Assembly (NCBI RefSeq): GCF_000940845.1
Contig: NZ_CP010341.1
Span: 1,080,001-1,112,000, forward strand
Length of the DNA stretch: 32,000 nucleotides
Direction of reading: 5' to 3'
From: Propionibacterium freudenreichii subsp. freudenreichii
GTDB taxonomy: Bacteria; Actinomycetota; Actinomycetes; Propionibacteriales; Propionibacteriaceae
Part shown: positions 11,643 through 19,503 of the stretch, in pieces
Numbering within the stretch: the stretch's first letter is position 1
Layout of the letters: each line of letters begins with the position of its first letter
Notes under the pieces: model-generated
Databases searched by the model: none
What the model was told of the DNA's origin: nothing
What the model saw: the letters and a program-made list of their open reading frames with translations, nothing else
Program-made: the position numbers and the translations under genes

Positions 11643-12167
11643 TCAATTCCGCGGTAAGGCGATATCCAGCACAGTTGCACCGGGAAGCCCCCCGAGTTCC
11701 TGCCCGGAAACCAGGAGCTTGGAGGAGCGCAGCCCACTGCCGATGATCACCGGACCGGCGGAGGCCACGCGCGAATCAATGAGGATCGGCCAGTCGGCGG
11801 GAAGCCCGATCGGGGTGATGCCGCCATGGCGCATGCCGGACGCCGCTTCGGCCTGCGACTCGGGTGCAAAGCTCATCTTCCGGGCACCCAGGTGCTTGCG
11901 CACGGTCTTGTTGATATCGGCCCTGTCGACGGCCAGGACGAGCACGGCAGCCAATGTCTCGACGCCGGCACGGTGACCCGAGACGATGACGCAGTTGGCG
12001 CTTTCCTCCATCGGCGTCCCATAGGCCTCGCTGAATTCGGCGGTATCGGCCAGGGACTCGTCGATGGCGGCCACCTTCACATCGGGGATCCCGGCGGCCG
12101 CTGCGGCAACCACCGGAGCCACCAGATCGGGATGTTCGGACAGCGGCAACCACGTCAGTTCACTCAT
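11643..12167 (-). CDS. YbaK/EbsC/ProX-type aminoacyl-tRNA deacylase domain protein
   Basis: 174-aa ORF. The stretch CVIVSGHRAGVETLAAVLVLAVDRADINKTVRKHLGARKMSFA...GGITPIGLP is typical of the YbaK-associated domain. Confidence 0.7.
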   Translation of the reverse strand: MSELTWLPLSEHPDLVAPVVAAAAAGIPDVKVAAIDESLADTAEFSEAYGTPMEESANCVIVSGHRAGVETLAAVLVLAVDRADINKTVRKHLGARKMSFAPESQAEAASGMRHGGITPIGLPADWPILIDSRVASAGPVIIGSGLRSSKLLVSGQELGGLPGATVLDIALPRN

Positions 12168-12190
12168 GGCTCACCATTGTCCCCGAAGGC

Positions 12191-12643
12191 TCAGGCGCTT
12201 TCCCCGGGTTCCAAAGTGAGGCTGATGGAGTTGATGCAATACCTCAGGTCGGTGGGGGTGTCGAAGCCCTCCCCCTCAAAGACATGTCCCAGGTGTGAAC
12301 CGCAGGTGGCGCAGCGCACCTCCGTGCGGGGGCGTCCGGGTAGCGAGTCGTCAGTGATATAGCGCACCCGGTCGGCGGCCAGCGGCGAAAAGAATGCGGG
12401 CCAGCCACAGTGGGCGTCGAATTTCGTGTCACTGCGGAACAGTTCGGCGCCGCACGCACGGCAGCGATATATGCCCGCGGTAGTGGTATCGGTGTATTCA
12501 CCGACGTGGGGTGGTTCCGTGCCGGCGCGGCGCAGCACGTGGAATTCCTGGGGGGTCAGCTTCTCCCGCCACTGTGCATCGGTCCATTCCCCGGGGTCCG
12601 AGATGGGATCCGGGCCTGATGTCGCGTCACGGTGTGCGTCCAT
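12191..12643 (-). CDS. msrB: Peptide-methionine (R)-S-oxide reductase
   Basis: 150 aa starting at ATG 12643 with GGAGG upstream. It has two CxxC zinc pairs (CRACG, CATCG), GWPAF and the catalytic RYCINS. The track's 564-aa ORF is a spurious 5' extension. Confidence 0.9.
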   Translation of the reverse strand: MDAHRDATSGPDPISDPGEWTDAQWREKLTPQEFHVLRRAGTEPPHVGEYTDTTTAGIYRCRACGAELFRSDTKFDAHCGWPAFFSPLAADRVRYITDDSLPGRPRTEVRCATCGSHLGHVFEGEGFDTPTDLRYCINSISLTLEPGESA

Positions 12644-12772
12644 GGATGCCTCCTGTTTCCGGGTACACGCTAGCTCGGCACCCGGGATCACCCGGGGCGA
12701 CGGATTTGAATCCGCCGCAGGCGCAATCGTTGGTGGTGAAAACTGTTCGGACGGCGTCGCCGTGGTCGCCCG

Positions 12773-13666
12773 GTGAACGATACTTCCCCCATGAGCGCAG
12801 TAAATGACACAGTCCTCGATGACCATCCCGGCTCGGTGCGTGCCCTCCTGAGGTGTCCGCGGGGTGCGGTCGACGTGACGAGCTTCGATGCAGCGGCCAC
12901 GCCCGGCTATCCCGGCAAGGGAAGGGCGGATTCGCTGGAGCAGCTCGACGCATTGCGTCCGACCCTCGACGATCTCGAGGAACGCTTCTATGCGAACAGC
13001 ATCCACACCAGGGGGCCATCGGTGCTCCTGGTGCTGCAGGGGATGGATGGTGCCGGCAAGGGTGGCACGGTGCGCCATGTGATCGGCATGGTCGACCCAC
13101 AGGGGGTGCACCTGCACGCCTTCAAGACGCCCACCAAGGAGGAGCTCGCCCACGACTTCCTGTGGCGCGTGCGCAAGGAGGTGCCGGGTGCGGGCCAGAT
13201 CGGCATCTTCGACCGCTCGCACTACGAGGATGTGCTCATCGGACGCGTGAACAAGTTGGCCGCCCCCGACGAGATCGAGAAGCGCTATGGGCGGATCAAT
13301 GAGTTCGAGGCCGAGCTGGCCTCCCATGGCACCCGGGTGATCAAGTGCTTCCTCAACGTTTCCAAGGATGCCCAGAAGAAGCGCTTCCTGGCACGGGTCA
13401 ATGACCCGGAGAAGTACTACAAGTTCAACCCGGCCGACCTTGAGAACCGTTCCCACTGGGACGAGTACATGCAGGCCTATGACCTTGCGCTGAGCCGGTG
13501 CAACGAGGACTATGCGCCCTGGTACGTCATTCCGTGCGACCACAAGTGGTACCGCAACTGGGCGATCACCCGCCTGTTGATCGAGGAGATCGAGGCGATG
13601 GGCCTCACGTGGCCGCCCGCCGACTTCGATGTGGAGCAGGCCCGCCGTCAGGTGGAGGCGCTCTAG
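12773..13666 (+). CDS. ppk2: Polyphosphate kinase 2 family protein (polyphosphate:nucleotide phosphotransferase)
   Basis: Contains the Walker A motif LQGMDGAGKGG, then FLWRVRKEVPGAGQIGIFDRSHYEDVL and WYRNWA. The start is GTG 12773 or ATG 12791. The stop TAG at 13664-13666 lies inside the IS target duplication. Confidence 0.9.
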   Translation: MNDTSPMSAVNDTVLDDHPGSVRALLRCPRGAVDVTSFDAAATPGYPGKGRADSLEQLDALRPTLDDLEERFYANSIHTRGPSVLLVLQGMDGAGKGGTVRHVIGMVDPQGVHLHAFKTPTKEELAHDFLWRVRKEVPGAGQIGIFDRSHYEDVLIGRVNKLAAPDEIEKRYGRINEFEAELASHGTRVIKCFLNVSKDAQKKRFLARVNDPEKYYKFNPADLENRSHWDEYMQAYDLALSRCNEDYAPWYVIPCDHKWYRNWAITRLLIEEIEAMGLTWPPADFDVEQARRQVEAL

Positions 13667-13667
13667 G
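13662..13667. repeat. Target-site duplication TCTAGG (left copy)
   Basis: Identical hexamer immediately flanks both ends of the IS (13662-13667 and 14761-14766). Confidence 0.85.
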
Positions 13668-14664
13668 TGTACTTCCCCGTGACGTTGTGAACGCGGGCTG
13701 AGGGAGTCTGGCCGCCGATCCCGGTGTGGGGTCTGTGGTGATTGTAGTGATGGAGCCAGGTCTCGTAGGCTGCGGCGCGCTCGGCTTCGCTGGCGTAGGG
13801 CTTCGCGTAGGCCCACTCGACGGCGAGGGTTCGGTTGAACCGCTCGACCTTGCCGTTGGTCTGCGGCCGGTATGGCCGGGTCCACTTGTGCTTCACCTCG
13901 TCGCCGAGCGCGTCAGCGAAGGCGCCTGACCGGTAGCAGGAACCGTTGTCGGTCATCACCGCGGTGACTGTGACGCCCAGGCCTGCGAAGAACGCGTTCG
14001 CGCGGGTCCAGAACCCCGCTGCGGTCTCTTTGCGCTCGTCGTCAAGGATCTCTGAGTACGCGATCCGGGAGTGGTCGTCCACGGCGTGGTGCAGATACCG
14101 GTAGCCGCGAGAGCCGGCTGCCCCGGCACGGGCTGCCTTGTCGCGGGCCACTCCCGCGTGACGGTCCTGCATGGATCCGCGACCGTGGGCACGCCACCCG
14201 CCGCCGTCGGGGATCCGGCCTTGTTTCTTGATATCTACGTGCACGAGCTCGCCCGGCGCGGCGACCTCGTACCGTGTCGGCTTCGGGCGGCGAACCGGCA
14301 GCCCGGTGGCCTGGTCGATGTTGATCAGCTTCGGCATCTTGTATCGGGCGAGCACCCGACCGACCGTGGAACGGTGCAACCGCAGGTGATACGCGATCCG
14401 GTGCGGACCCCACCGGCGAGTGAACCGCAACGCGACGATCCGATGCTCCGTCTTACGCGGAAGCCGGTTCGGTGACGAGGTGGGCCTCGAACTACGGTCG
14501 ATCAACGGCAGCCCTGCCCGGTACCTGTCGGCCCACCGCTTCACCGTCGCGGGCGAGCACTGGAACCGTTCCGCCGCCCGCCGCAACGACCAGCCCTGTT
14601 CCACGACGAGAACAGCAAGACGACGACGCCCTTCCGGTGTCAAGGGTGCGTTAGCGTGAGTCAC
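13663..14664 (-). CDS. IS481-family DDE transposase (integrase core domain)
   Basis: The N-terminal HTH region reads THANAPLTPEGRRRLAVLVVEQGWSLRRAAERF. The DDE triad contexts are LVHVDIKK, AVMTDNGSCY and TNGKVERFNRTL. The likely start is GTG 14664 with GGAGG 5 nt upstream; the track start is ATG 14706. The stop codon at 13665..13663 lies outside the IS, in the flanking CTAG. Confidence 0.9.
   Translation of the reverse strand: MTHANAPLTPEGRRRLAVLVVEQGWSLRRAAERFQCSPATVKRWADRYRAGLPLIDRSSRPTSSPNRLPRKTEHRIVALRFTRRWGPHRIAYHLRLHRSTVGRVLARYKMPKLINIDQATGLPVRRPKPTRYEVAAPGELVHVDIKKQGRIPDGGGWRAHGRGSMQDRHAGVARDKAARAGAAGSRGYRYLHHAVDDHSRIAYSEILDDERKETAAGFWTRANAFFAGLGVTVTAVMTDNGSCYRSGAFADALGDEVKHKWTRPYRPQTNGKVERFNRTLAVEWAYAKPYASEAERAAAYETWLHHYNHHRPHTGIGGQTPSARVHNVTGKYT
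13668..13693. repeat. IS terminal inverted repeat at the transposase 3' end
   Basis: See the mobile element entry; 24/26 match to the other end. Confidence 0.85.
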
Positions 14665-14734
14665 GAAGACCTCCGTGGTCAGGAGAGTGAGTGTGGTAAC
14701 CCACATCCTGCCCGGAGGTCTTCGCTACCTCACC

Positions 14735-14760
14735 CGTTCACAACCTCCCGGGGAAGTACA
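14735..14760. repeat. IS terminal inverted repeat at the transposase 5' end
   Basis: See the mobile element entry. Confidence 0.85.
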
Positions 14761-14766
14761 TCTAGG
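14761..14766. repeat. Target-site duplication TCTAGG (right copy)
   Basis: Identical to 13662-13667. Confidence 0.85.
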
Positions 14767-14820
14767 GGCCGTCGCGCCCTTGGCATGCCGCAACCGGAAG
14801 GCATGCGATCGGATGTCATG

Positions 14821-14856
14821 GGAAAGGGGCCGGGAGAATTCTCCCGGCCCCTTTCC
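14821..14856. terminator. Bidirectional hairpin terminator between PPK2 (before the IS insertion) and convergent cbiX
   Basis: Perfect 36-nt palindrome GGAAAGGGGCCGGGAGAATTCTCCCGGCCCCTTTCC, 35 nt from the cbiX stop codon. Confidence 0.7.
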
Positions 14857-14890
14857 GTCCAGACTGTGTGCCCTGAGGAGGATGCGGTGA

Positions 14891-15733
14891 CTAGATGGCG
14901 ACGAGCTTGGGTGTGGCCACCTCGGCGGGGGCGCCATGGTCCGATTCCTCGGACTGCCCGGTCGTCGAGTCGTCCTCATCGCTGAGTGCGGGATCATCCA
15001 GCATGGCCATTGCGGCGAAGGCATAACGGGCCATCACCAGGTCGATGATGTGGTCATCGGCCCCCAGGGGTGCGCTGACGGCGACGGCCCCTGCCTCGAG
15101 CGCCTCCTCGGCGACGGCCAGGTAGTTGTCATCGGCCGTCAGGAAGAAGGAGCCCACGGCGATCGCGCGACGCCCCTGATCCCGCAGGCTCATCATGGCT
15201 GCCGCCACGGAATTGCCCGAGCCATCGGCGCAGGCCGTGGTGATCGGCAGCTTGTGGTGCGAGGCCCATTGGCGCGCCCTGCGTGCCAGCAGCGCGGCGC
15301 CGCGCACGTCGCCGGTGTCGGGAGTGGCGAAGACCAGGGCATTGAGCTCCACGGCGTGCGATGCCGACAGGGCATTGCGCAGGCGAAGGTCGAGGATATT
15401 CAGCAACTCGGTGGAGGGGCCCACCGGATGTGCCAACGACGCAGCAATGTCCGGGTGCGCCTTGTGGACCGCCTCGAGCATCTTCTGCGCGGCCGGCGCG
15501 GGATCCACGGCCCGGGTCAGTGCCATCGGCACGAAGACGACTTCCTTACGGCCCCTCGAGGCGAGCGTGGAAACCACCTGCGGCCCGCTGGGGGGACAGT
15601 GGTCAAGGAATGCGAGATGAACCGAAAGCTCCGGTCGCTGCAGTTGCATCTGCTTGCGCAGATCGTGGAAGACCTCCACGACGCGGGGGTTTGTTGCGCC
15701 CTCGGCCAGCAGGATCAACACCGGTGCAGTCAT
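14891..15733 (-). CDS. cbiX: Sirohydrochlorin chelatase, CbiX/SirB family (two-domain long form) with an acidic C-terminal tail
   Basis: MTAPVLILLAEGATNPRVVEVFHDLRK...VFVPMALT, with a second repeat LVFATPDTGD...AVGSFFL, is typical of CbiX. The start is set at ATG 15733; the track start is 15772. Confidence 0.7.
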   Translation of the reverse strand: MTAPVLILLAEGATNPRVVEVFHDLRKQMQLQRPELSVHLAFLDHCPPSGPQVVSTLASRGRKEVVFVPMALTRAVDPAPAAQKMLEAVHKAHPDIAASLAHPVGPSTELLNILDLRLRNALSASHAVELNALVFATPDTGDVRGAALLARRARQWASHHKLPITTACADGSGNSVAAAMMSLRDQGRRAIAVGSFFLTADDNYLAVAEEALEAGAVAVSAPLGADDHIIDLVMARYAFAAMAMLDDPALSDEDDSTTGQSEESDHGAPAEVATPKLVAI

Positions 15734-16393
15734 GTGCGTGCCCTTCTCTAGCGACTTACAGGGCGGCGCCATTGCCGTAAAACAAGACCACCATCTGCCT
15801 GTTGGGGGGCTCCGCGCAAGTCGGGTGTCCAGTATGTGACACCAAAAATCACGACGGAAGGTCCTGGGAGGCGCCTCCCACGGGCTTCAGTATGCAGTCG
15901 GGACGCGAAAATGTCTCGTGAGATGGCGTGGGCGTTACACAAACGTTACAAATCGATGATGTGCCCAGTCCTGCCAGATGGACACCCCCAGGGAAGGGCA
16001 GGTGACAAGGGGATCGACCGGTTCGGGTAGCCGGGTTCCGGTGGCCGGGCGTCGGTGGCCGGGCGCGAGCAGCCGGGCATCGCTCGCACCGTGACCGGGT
16101 GCGTGGCGGCGGTTCGGAGTGGTCTCACGCGGTGCCCTCCGCAGGCAGGGCTGGAAGGGCGCGCGGAGCACGCAGGGCCGGCGGGAGGTGGTCACGTCGG
16201 GTCGGTGGGGGCATGCCCACAAGAAGGGACGCCCCGCTGGCAAGGATGGGATCCGGGCGCTGCGAGGTGCGCGAACGCACGGGTGGGCGCGCAGAGGCCC
16301 ACGTGGAGGGCTGAGCGTGTGCAGAACGGGATGCGCCGAGCGCGCGTACAGGAATGAGGGGGGAGACGACACCCCGGACAGGAGCCGATCGGG

Positions 16394-16465
16394 TGGGCGA
16401 TACTGGGTTCGAACCAGTGACCTCTTCGGTGTGAACGAAGCGCGCTACCACTGCGCCAATCGCCC
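16394..16465 (-). tRNA. tRNA-Val (anticodon CAC)
   Basis: Hand-folded 72-nt cloverleaf. Acceptor stem GGGCGAT/ATCGCCC, anticodon stem CTTCG/CGAAG, loop TTCACAC, T-arm ACTGG-TTCGAAC-CCAGT, discriminator A. CCA is not encoded. Confidence 0.9.
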
Positions 16466-16477
16466 GCGGCGTCGACA

Positions 16478-16507
16478 AGGCTAGCGCACCGGTGCCCGCT
16501 GCCACAA
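16478..16507 (-). promoter_or_regulatory. Candidate sigma-70-type promoter for tRNA-Val(CAC)
   Basis: On the minus strand, TTGTGG (16507-16502), an 18-nt spacer and TAGCCT (16483-16478), 12 nt upstream of the mature tRNA 5' end. Pattern match only. Confidence 0.3.
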
Positions 16508-16802
16508 TTTGGCGTCTTTGGCCCCCGTGTCGGGCGTCCGCAGCCCCGGCGTCGGGCATCGGGAGCGCCCGGGAACAGTGCCCGGAGGCAGGGATCGCGC
16601 GGGCGTGCGGGCGCGGGCCGCGGCCGGGAACCCATGGGGTGGCGCCCGGTATCGACCCATGGCCCGATGTGGGCGTTGCAGGTCGGTGATCGGGTGGGTC
16701 ATGTCATCGCGGATTCGATCATTCACGGCCCCGTGCGCAACTGTCGGCGTGGGGCCGGCAGGACGGATTTGAGCGGGCCGTACGGCGGGTGGGAGCCCTG
16801 AT

Positions 16803-16831
16803 TTGTCCCACTCGCCCCGGTCCACTATGGT
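16803..16831 (+). promoter_or_regulatory. Candidate sigma-70-type promoter for the tRNA-Gly/Cys/Val operon
   Basis: TTGTCC (16803-16808), a 17-nt spacer and TATGGT (16826-16831), 37 nt upstream of tRNA-Gly. Pattern match only. Confidence 0.4.
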
Positions 16832-16868
16832 TGTCAACGCGCTTCATCGGGTTCGCCCCGGAAAGCAT

Positions 16869-16941
16869 GCGGACGTGGCTCAGTTGGTAGAGCATCACCT
16901 TGCCAAGGTGAGGGTCGCGGGTTCGAATCCCGTCGTCCGCT
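16869..16941 (+). tRNA. tRNA-Gly (anticodon GCC)
   Basis: Hand-folded 73-nt cloverleaf. Acceptor GCGGACG/CGTCCGC, anticodon stem TCACC/GGTGA, loop TTGCCAA, T-arm GCGGG-TTCGAAT-CCCGT. Confidence 0.9.
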
Positions 16942-17002
16942 CGGAGAGGCTGGAGCCCCATCCAATGGCCATGAACCTTCGTGGTGAGGCAGCTCTTCAC
17001 AT

Positions 17003-17073
17003 GGTGGAGTGGCCGAGAGGCGAGGCAGCGGACTGCAAATCCGTATACACGGGTTCAAATCCCGTCTCCACCT
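17003..17073 (+). tRNA. tRNA-Cys (anticodon GCA)
   Basis: Acceptor GGTGGAG/CTCCACC, anticodon loop CTGCAAA, T-arm ACGGG-TTCAAAT-CCCGT. Confidence 0.9.
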
Positions 17074-17074
17074 C

Positions 17075-17146
17075 GGGCGGCTGGCGCAGCGGTAGCGCGC
17101 TTCCCTGACACGGAAGAGGTCACTGGTTCAAACCCAGTGTCGCCCA
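17075..17146 (+). tRNA. tRNA-Val (anticodon GAC)
   Basis: Acceptor GGGCGGC/GTCGCCC, anticodon stem CTTCC/GGAAG, loop CTGACAC, T-arm ACTGG-TTCAAAC-CCAGT. It starts only 1 nt after tRNA-Cys. Confidence 0.9.
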
Positions 17147-17152
17147 CAAGGC

Positions 17153-17199
17153 GGAAAGGGCCGGTCGGCAGGTGAAAATCCTGCTGGCCGGCCCTTTCC
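17153..17199 (+). terminator. Hairpin terminator after the tRNA operon
   Basis: Outer 12-bp stem GGAAAGGGCCGG (17153-17164) and CCGGCCCTTTCC (17188-17199), with an inner GCAGG/CCTGC stem. Confidence 0.6.
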
Positions 17200-17223
17200 A
17201 TGTCCCCGGCCTTTTCCATGTCC
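17188..17223 (+). repeat. Tandem 18-nt duplication of the terminator 3' arm
   Basis: The two copies are CCGGCCCTTTCCATGTCC (17188-17205) and CCGGCCTTTTCCATGTCC (17206-17223), with one mismatch. Confidence 0.8.
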
Positions 17224-17460
17224 GCCCCTGCCCGAGCCCCGACGTGCCGGTGCAGTGGGGCGGTCCCGGGAAGGTACCCGGTACGGATCCTCCTGGTGCG
17301 CCGAGGCGCTGTCCGGGCCGAATAGCCACGCCGCGCCCTGCGTCGCGGAAAGGCTTGCGTGGTACGCGGGCAGATGGGCACCAGCTGCCCGCATCGTGCA
17401 CAATGGGGCAGTCAGACATTCACGCGCGGCCAGGTTTGCCGCCCGAAAGGAAGCAACATC

Positions 17461-19503
17461 GTGTCTTCAACGATCACCATTGTCCACAACGCTGAGCCGG
17501 AGACGAAGGTGATCGAGGACACCACCACCGGCCTGGACCTGTTCGGCGACGACAAGAGCATCGTCGCCATGCACCTGAATGGCGAGACGGTCGATCTCGC
17601 CACCCAGCTTTCGGCCGGCGATGTCGTCGAGCCGGTGTCCATGACCAGTGACGAGGGCCTGTCGATCGTGCGCCATTCGGCTGCACATGTCACCGCCCAG
17701 GCGCTCCAGGACATCTTCCCCCAGGCGCGACTGGGCATCGGGCCGCCGATCACCGATGGCTTCTACTACGACTTCCAGACCGAGCCGCTCAGCGCCGATG
17801 ACCTCAAGCAGGTCGAGAAGAAGATGCAGGCGATCATCAAGCAGCGCCAGCGTTTCGTGCGCCGGGTCGTCAGCGAGGAGGAGGCCCTGCGCGAGGAGGC
17901 CAACGAGCCCTACAAGCTCGAGCTGATCGCCGACAAGGGCCATCCCAGTGATGACGACAATTCCTCGGTCGAGGTGGGCGGCAATGAGCTGACCATGTAC
18001 GACAATGTGACGCGCAATGGGACCGTCGCGTGGCGTGACCTGTGCCGTGGGCCCCACGTGCCCAACACCGGCTACATCAAGGCCGTGGCGCTCACCAAGA
18101 CCAGTGCGGCCTATTGGCGCGGCGACCAGCACAATGCCCAGCTGCAGCGCGTCTACGGCACCGCCTGGGCCACCCGCGATGACCTCAAGGCCTACCAGAC
18201 CCGGATGGCCGAGGCCGCCAAGCGTGATCACCGGAAGCTGGGGCAGGAGCTGGACCTGTTCAGCTTCCCGGAGGAGATCGGTCCCGGCCTGGTCGTCTTC
18301 CACCCCAAGGGTGGCATCCTGCGCCACGAGATCGAGAGCTACATCACCAAGCGACACATCGATGCCGGCTTCGACCTGGTGGACACCCCGATCATCTCCA
18401 AGGGAGACCTGTTCCACACCTCGGGCCACCTCCCGTACTACGCCGACACGATGTTCCCGCCCATGACGGTGGACGAGGAGGTCGACGCCGAGGGCAATGT
18501 GCGCCACCAGGGTCAGGAGTACTACCTGAAGGCCATGAACTGCCCCATGCACAACCTGATCTTCCGGAGCCGGGGCCGTTCCTACCGCGAGCTTCCCCTG
18601 CGCTTCTACGAGCTCGGACGCGACTTCCGCTACGAGAAGTCCGGCGTGGTTCAGGGCCTGACGCGCATGCGCGGCTTCACCCAGGACGACTCGCACACCT
18701 ATTGCACCCCTGAGCAGGCCGGTGACGAGATCAAGATGCTGCTCGGTTTCTTCCTGAGCATCCTGCGTGACTTCGGCCTCAAGGAGTTCTACCTGGAGCT
18801 GTCGACCCGTGACGCCTCCTCGTCGAAGTTCATCGGCTCGGACGAGGACTGGGAGGCAGCCACCGAGATCCTGCGCGTGGCGGCCGAGTCGACGGGCCTG
18901 GAACTCGTGGCCGACCCCGGTGGTGCGGCCTTTTACGGCCCGAAGGTCTCGGTGCAGGCCAAGGATGCGTTGGGACGTACCTGGCAGATGTCGACCGTGC
19001 AGTACGACTTCAACCAGCCGGCCCGGTTCGGCCTGGAATACACCGCGGCCGATGGCAGCCATCAGCAGCCGGTGATGATCCACTGCGCCAAGCTGGGCAG
19101 TGTCGAACGCTTCATCGGCGTGCTCACCGAGCACTATGCCGGGGCGTTCCCCGCGTGGTTGTCGCCCGTTCAGGTCGTCGGCATCCCCGTGGCAGGCGAG
19201 TTCAACGGATATCTCGACACCATCGCGACCCGGCTCAGGGAGAAGGGTGTGCGCGTCGAGGTGGACGAGTCCGACGACCGGATGCAGAAGAAGATCCGCA
19301 ACGCCACCCGCCAGAAGGCCCCCTTCATGCTCATCGCCGGCGAGAAGGACCGTGAGGCGCAGGCGGTCAGCTTCCGGTTCCGCGACGGCAGCCAGCTCAA
19401 CGGCGTGCCGATTGACGATGCCATCGACCGGATCGTCGAGCACATCACCAGCCGCGACAACGCCGACCCCACCTCACCTGACGGGGTGTCGGCCGGTGAG
19501 TGA
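17461..19503 (+). CDS. thrS: Threonine--tRNA ligase
   Basis: Full-length ThrRS similarity: TGS-like N-terminus, editing-domain HSAAHV, class II motifs [24 protein letters not shown] and [13 protein letters not shown]. The start is set at GTG 17461 (VSSTITIV) with AAGGAAG 6 nt upstream; the track start is 17359. Confidence 0.95.
   Translation: MSSTITIVHNAEPETKVIEDTTTGLDLFGDDKSIVAMHLNGETVDLATQLSAGDVVEPVSMTSDEGLSIVRHSAAHVTAQALQDIFPQARLGIGPPITDGFYYDFQTEPLSADDLKQVEKKMQAIIKQRQRFVRRVVSEEEALREEANEPYKLELIADKGHPSDDDNSSVEVGGNELTMYDNVTRNGTVAWRDLCRGPHVPNTGYIKAVALTKTSAAYWRGDQHNAQLQRVYGTAWATRDDLKAYQTRMAEAAKRDHRKLGQELDLFSFPEEIGPGLVVFHPKGGILRHEIESYITKRHIDAGFDLVDTPIISKGDLFHTSGHLPYYADTMFPPMTVDEEVDAEGNVRHQGQEYYLKAMNCPMHNLIFRSRGRSYRELPLRFYELGRDFRYEKSGVVQGLTRMRGFTQDDSHTYCTPEQAGDEIKMLLGFFLSILRDFGLKEFYLELSTRDASSSKFIGSDEDWEAATEILRVAAESTGLELVADPGGAAFYGPKVSVQAKDALGRTWQMSTVQYDFNQPARFGLEYTAADGSHQQPVMIHCAKLGSVERFIGVLTEHYAGAFPAWLSPVQVVGIPVAGEFNGYLDTIATRLREKGVRVEVDESDDRMQKKIRNATRQKAPFMLIAGEKDREAQAVSFRFRDGSQLNGVPIDDAIDRIVEHITSRDNADPTSPDGVSAGE

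Larger units (their letters stand above)
13668..14760 (-). mobile_element. IS481-family insertion sequence, 1093 bp, apparently intact
   Basis: Terminal inverted repeats are TGTACTTCCCCGTGACGTTGTGAACG (13668-13693) and the reverse complement of 14735-14760, TGTACTTCCCCGGGAGGTTGTGAACG, matching at 24 of 26 positions. It has a single DDE transposase ORF and a 6-bp TSD containing CTAG. Confidence 0.9.

Noticed and set aside
12681-12745. CACCCGGG x2 tandem and the GCGACGGAT-TTGA-ATCCGCCGC imperfect palindrome in the msrB/ppk2 divergent region
   Set aside because: They are short, imperfect and in a normal-sized divergent promoter region. They are plausible operator sites, but nothing distinguishes them from chance GC-rich symmetry.
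12191-13885. 564-aa minus-strand ORF spanning msrB, the PPK2 region and the IS end
   Set aside because: Only the last 150 codons (from ATG 12643, with GGAGG upstream) are MsrB-like. The rest is antisense to the PPK2 gene and crosses the IS boundary, so it is a chimeric artefact of taking the longest ORF.
15734-16050. Cobalamin riboswitch upstream of cbiX (minus strand)
   Set aside because: No B12-box-like element (AGYCMGGAGACCKGCC), no GCCACTG and no GGTG..AA..CC core on either strand.
16119-16484. 121-aa plus-strand ORF and the 145-aa minus-strand ORF (15935-16372) in the tRNA-flanking non-coding region
   Set aside because: They are Gly/Arg- or Pro/Arg-rich low-complexity translations. One overlaps the tRNA-Val gene. 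No start context or recognisable domain was found.
16387-16698. 11-nt direct repeat GATCGGGTGGG (16387-16397 and 16688-16698) flanking tRNA-Val(CAC) as a possible att-site scar
   Set aside because: My rough estimate is that one 11-mer match within a few hundred nt of GC-rich sequence is expected about 0.5 times by chance. There is no integrase gene or longer tRNA 3'-end duplication nearby.
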